In this document: piece after piece, positions 60,266 through 64,000 of the stretch | How positions within the stretch are numbered: the stretch's first letter is position 1 | Layout of the letters: every line of letters starts with the position of its first letter | Notes under the pieces: generated by a model | The model's database searches: none | The model's input: the letters and a program-made list of their open reading frames with translations, nothing else | Told to the model about the DNA's origin: nothing | NCBI GenBank assembly: GCA_047285805.1 | Contig: JBJBCN010000003.1 | Span: forward strand, 224,001-288,000 | Origin: Synechococcus sp. | Lineage (GTDB): Bacteria > Cyanobacteriota > Cyanobacteriia > PCC-6307 > Cyanobiaceae | Reading direction: 5' to 3' | DNA: 64,000 bases | Translations under genes and position numbers: made by a program

Positions 60266-61707
60266 CAGGCTTGAGCCCAGCTCCCATGCAAGCCGTGGGG
60301 CACCGCCAAGGGCAGCTCCAGCACGGCCACCTCAGCCAGGCTGGCCGCATCCAAGATCACCAGATCGCTGGCACAGCGGGCGCCGTTCCAAACCAGGCAA
60401 AGCACCCAGCCGTCATCCTCAGCCGTGGCACCGGGGCGGGGCACCATCACGGGCTCACTGACAAAGCCACGGGGCGCCGCACTCCAAACCTTGCCAGCAC
60501 CAGTAGTCAGATCCAACTTCTTGATCGCCTGCAGCGGGTCGTTCCCGCGCTTCCGCTCCGCTACCGCCATCCAGCTGTAGCGGGCATCCAAACCCTGCCG
60601 CTCGGGGGTGACCATCGCGAACTCACAGGTACGAGCCTCCAGCACCTCTGTGCTGACCGCACCGCTGGCCAGATGAATGCGGCAGCGCACCAGCTGACCT
60701 TCCGGGATCGATTCGAAATCGACCTGACGGAAGTCGACATCCGGGCCGATTGAGGGGAAATCGTCGTAGTAGATCGAATCAACCACGAGTTCCTCACCCT
60801 CTTCAAAGGCGTTGAGATGATGGAAAACAAAGCCCTCAGGTGCTGGGATTTGCAGCGGCTTCCCTTCACCGCTGCGGGGGATCAGCCAGAACTGTCCCTT
60901 CTCTCCAGGCTTCGAGGCCAAGCACTGGGCCGCACCCTTTTGGCCAAGAACAAAACCGGTTGGGTTGAACGCCACCGCGTTCTGCAGGAACACCGCCCAG
61001 TTAGGGGTGATCGCGAAGTCATGCAGGAAAGCAAAGCCCTTGAAGCTGTGGCGGCTGTCCGCCAGCAGAACACCGCTGCTGGAGAACTCCATCACCCGAA
61101 TCGTGCTGCGGGGGCCGGTCTTGACCCCGAAAGTCACCATGCGGGGGTCGCCATGGTGGCCGGGGTCGAAGCGCGGGTGGGCACTGAATGCCTCACCCGG
61201 CTTAAGCAACCCCTCCAGCCGACTTAGGCCACGGGTCTCCAGGGTTTCCGGATCCAGCGCGTGGGGCTCTGCTGCTTCCCAGAGCGCCAGCAACTGATCC
61301 CCGAGCCGCACAACATGGGTGTTGGCGATGTTCTTCAGACGCAGGTCAAACGCGTTGGCGGCCAATCCGCCGGGCTTCTGGGTGCCAAAGACACCCCGGT
61401 AAAGGAATTTGTCCGCCTGCTCTTCCGCCTCAAAGCCTTCCGTGCGCACGAAGCGATTGCGCAGCTTTGCTTCACCCCCCTCAAACGTCAGGGCCGTGAT
61501 CATCCCGTCGCCATCGAAGGGGTGATGCACCCACTGCCCGCCACGCTCGAGCCGGCCAGGACCGTTCCGATACAGCGTGCCCTTGAGCTCAGACGGAATC
61601 GCGCCGCGGGCGGCAGTCAGCGCCACGCCGTCGAGCTCCACACCCACGTTGCGGAAAGCGCTTGCCCAATCCGAGCGGTCGTAGCCGATAACAGGAGCAG
61701 CGGTCAT
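60265..61707 (-). CDS. Carotenoid cleavage oxygenase (RPE65 family)
   Basis: GTLYRNGP, HPFDGDG, SAHP, FLHDF, FHHLNA, SEP and GLHG (four Fe-binding His). Confidence 0.94.
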   Translation of the reverse strand: MTAAPVIGYDRSDWASAFRNVGVELDGVALTAARGAIPSELKGTLYRNGPGRLERGGQWVHHPFDGDGMITALTFEGGEAKLRNRFVRTEGFEAEEQADKFLYRGVFGTQKPGGLAANAFDLRLKNIANTHVVRLGDQLLALWEAAEPHALDPETLETRGLSRLEGLLKPGEAFSAHPRFDPGHHGDPRMVTFGVKTGPRSTIRVMEFSSSGVLLADSRHSFKGFAFLHDFAITPNWAVFLQNAVAFNPTGFVLGQKGAAQCLASKPGEKGQFWLIPRSGEGKPLQIPAPEGFVFHHLNAFEEGEELVVDSIYYDDFPSIGPDVDFRQVDFESIPEGQLVRCRIHLASGAVSTEVLEARTCEFAMVTPERQGLDARYSWMAVAERKRGNDPLQAIKKLDLTTGAGKVWSAAPRGFVSEPVMVPRPGATAEDDGWVLCLVWNGARCASDLVILDAASLAEVAVLELPLAVPHGLHGSWAQA

Positions 61708-61772
61708 GAGCGAAGACGCAGAGCGACAGCGCCATCATCGCGTAACGGAGTATTAAGCGGGACCCTGAACGT

Positions 61773-63167
61773 TTAACGCAGGCGCCTTGCGCGGAGAAAC
61801 AACGCGGAGGGGAATGCATAGAGGACTAAAAAAACCGGGAGAACCTTCACAAAGGCCATGAACTCACCCACACCACCAGTGACCACGCCCAAATACACAA
61901 CGGGCACAAGCAAAAAACCCGCTACCTCTATAGAAAGAAACCTGAGCAAGAACCAGAGCAATACACAAATTCCTAATCGGGAAACGGCAAGCCACATGGC
62001 ATAAGACAAGACCGCCAAAGCACTGTCGAATTGGAGAAAAAATGGCAGCGCCTGGGTCTCAACTAAATCGACTTGATTTTTCCCGTAGCATTGACCAATC
62101 AGATATTCAGGAAGTCGGGATGGCTCATATCCGAGCAATCGCCTCAACGGAAGAGGTTGCGAACCAATGAACTCTGATGCTAAAGGCCCTTTGAGCAAGC
62201 TCAACTCAGGCGCGAATGGGCATTTCTTTTCCAAAATCAGATTTCGCGCATGAAGCGCTGTCGAAGAGGAGCCAACACCACTCAAACGATAGCCAAAGTC
62301 TAGAGATAGACGCCGATGCAATGAAAAGAAATGCTGCTCGATTTGGTCTACATTTGGAGCAAAACCTGTTGGACCAAACTGACCCTTAAGCACCGTTGGG
62401 AACGAGTATCCGACGACCAACAATGAACATAAGAGTGCAGAAAGCGTGAGCAGCTTACGTAACGCATGCTGCTGCCAAACCCCCAAAAGGGACGCTAGCG
62501 AGAGCGCAAAAGAAATAGAAGAGATTAGACAGTAAAGACGCTGGCGAAAAACAACAAATAGAATAATGTTCAAAAGACATGCAGTCAATACAAAATAAAG
62601 ATACGACCGTTTTTTGACCGAAACCCCCAAAACCCCAAGGGCAATTGCGGGTCCAGCAGGCACAGAGAAGTAGGTCGAAACAATCGCCTTATCAAAGAAA
62701 TTAAGTGAGCCAAAGTCAAAATATTCCGTACCAATGATTGAACCAAAGCGAAAAGCAATGATTGCGAGAAGCGCAGTTCCAACGAAGCCGTAGATACGCA
62801 GAGAAAACGATTTGACAATCTGCAATATCTGCAGCTCACAAGCAACAAGTCGCCTAGGAAAATTAGCAACTTGCGGACCAGCAATCAGCAATAGAAGGGA
62901 AAGAACAGAGGAGGCCCCAACCATCAAAGCGGCTTTCTGAAATAAGGGAGAATAAATATTCCAGTTGAGGCCTGACGAAGGATTTTCAATGAGATCTGGT
63001 CTCAGCGCCCCAACGATGTTCGTCAAAGGACCAAAAAACCAAAACCAATATAACGAAATCAATAGAGACGCAGCCAAAAGCAAAGAGCTTCTGCCATATA
63101 GTCGTCGAGAGACAAGACATACCCCGAGCAGGGCCAAGGCAACCAAGAGCTCAAGAATTAAAAACAC
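61773..63167 (-). CDS. Polytopic membrane protein, Wzy-like polysaccharide polymerase candidate
   Basis: About 10-11 hydrophobic segments, an RQR loop and a large periplasmic loop with YRLSG; lower GC than the core. Confidence 0.5.
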   Translation of the reverse strand: MFLILELLVALALLGVCLVSRRLYGRSSLLLAASLLISLYWFWFFGPLTNIVGALRPDLIENPSSGLNWNIYSPLFQKAALMVGASSVLSLLLLIAGPQVANFPRRLVACELQILQIVKSFSLRIYGFVGTALLAIIAFRFGSIIGTEYFDFGSLNFFDKAIVSTYFSVPAGPAIALGVLGVSVKKRSYLYFVLTACLLNIILFVVFRQRLYCLISSISFALSLASLLGVWQQHALRKLLTLSALLCSLLVVGYSFPTVLKGQFGPTGFAPNVDQIEQHFFSLHRRLSLDFGYRLSGVGSSSTALHARNLILEKKCPFAPELSLLKGPLASEFIGSQPLPLRRLLGYEPSRLPEYLIGQCYGKNQVDLVETQALPFFLQFDSALAVLSYAMWLAVSRLGICVLLWFLLRFLSIEVAGFLLVPVVYLGVVTGGVGEFMAFVKVLPVFLVLYAFPSALFLRARRLR

Positions 63168-63216
63168 ACTCCCTTCCCTGACCTAATATGGGGAGACTCC
63201 ACTTGAGCTCAAAAAG

Positions 63217-64000
63217 ATGTTGGGCTCAATTGTAGCCTTCGCCCTTGGCCTCAACCCTCCCAGGGCAGTACTGCTATCTGGGATCGCCTTAGCTGGACAT
63301 TCCGCATATCTACTCCTGCGTGAAAAACAAAGGAATAAAAAGTTTTCACTATCAATAACTGTCAGATCTAGCTTTCAAGGATTGCATCTTGAAAGCAAGG
63401 GTAATCAATCACTACTCGTCCTTGGGCTACTTTTGACCTTTGGATTTTTGGTTACTTATTCTAACCTGATCAACGACCAAGACAGCACTTCTTCGACCAT
63501 AGAATACTTGGCATTAATTCCTATCTGCATATCTCTCGCCGCAGGCAGGCTGAATGACATAACCCCAAAAGAACTCACGCAATTAGCAATTTCCTACTCA
63601 GCTGGGAGCCTCATTTACGTTTTAGCATGCCTAATTTATACAAGATCACAGGGAGACTTCAATCTCTTGTCTCTGTTCTTTAAACAATCGCACAATGAAC
63701 TACTCGCTCCCTGGGGACACTTAAACAATTCCGTCAATCTAAGGACAATTGAACAGTCGCTACTCTTCCCAATATCCTTGCTTCCCGTGTCGATTGTCGC
63801 TTTTGCAAGAAGCAAAGCAAAAGCGACAGGCTGGCTTTTCGCTTTACTCACTGGAACGCTTGCGCTTTTTCTTTCACGCGCATTCAATTCATATTTCACT
63901 CTGTTGGCTTTATCTCTGAGCAGTGCGGTAGCGCTCGCTTCGGTTACGTCGACACAAGACAGAATGAAACATTGCTTTATAAGATGCAAAAAGCTCATCA
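63217..64000 (+). CDS. Partial (3'-truncated) polytopic membrane protein, O-antigen ligase/polymerase-like candidate
   Basis: Read manually: frame open from ATG 63217 to the window end (MLGSIVAFALGLNPP...SYSAGSLIYVLAC...APWG..NLRTIEQ); several TM segments; absent from the ORF track. Confidence 0.6.
   Translation, partial: MLGSIVAFALGLNPPRAVLLSGIALAGHSAYLLLREKQRNKKFSLSITVRSSFQGLHLESKGNQSLLVLGLLLTFGFLVTYSNLINDQDSTSSTIEYLALIPICISLAAGRLNDITPKELTQLAISYSAGSLIYVLACLIYTRSQGDFNLLSLFFKQSHNELLAPWGHLNNSVNLRTIEQSLLFPISLLPVSIVAFARSKAKATGWLFALLTGTLALFLSRAFNSYFTLLALSLSSAVALASVTSTQDRMKHCFIRCKKLI

Noticed and set aside
63636..63998. 120-aa minus-strand ORF
   Set aside because: It is antisense to the longer plus-strand membrane-protein frame starting at 63217.

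Overview
This is a GC-rich picocyanobacterial chromosome segment (Synechococcus/Cyanobium type), judged from psbH/N/I/K, ntcA and the gene order. The core backbone runs dcd, cobA-like, rph, ntcA, pth, tatA, psbH/psbN, alpha-mannosidase, psbI, LptD-like DUF3769, leuDC, cinA, glyA, tRNA-Arg, murJ, sfsA, ispH, purH, cobS, tgt, psbK, GH15, tRNA-Ile2/Met, pyrE, ygfZ, pgm, rdgB and a carotenoid oxygenase. Visibly AT-richer islets of surface-glycan genes interrupt it. (1) About 35.6-41.8 kb: WecE/WecD-like amino-sugar genes, an ArnC/GtrB-like GT2, a GT-C-like membrane protein and two methyltransferases. (2) About 49.2-58.8 kb: epimerase, SDR, KdsB-like cytidylyltransferase, a 3-dehydroquinate-synthase-like cyclase, an HP-motif transferase candidate, an OafA-like acyltransferase, an FkbM methyltransferase and two orphans. 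(3) From about 61.8 kb to the end: Wzy/WaaL-like membrane proteins. The best candidate for an undescribed system is islet 2, which could make a CMP-activated cyclitol (carbocyclic ulosonate mimic) for cell-surface decoration. All family assignments come from motif recognition by eye; no searches were run and GC statements are visual estimates.
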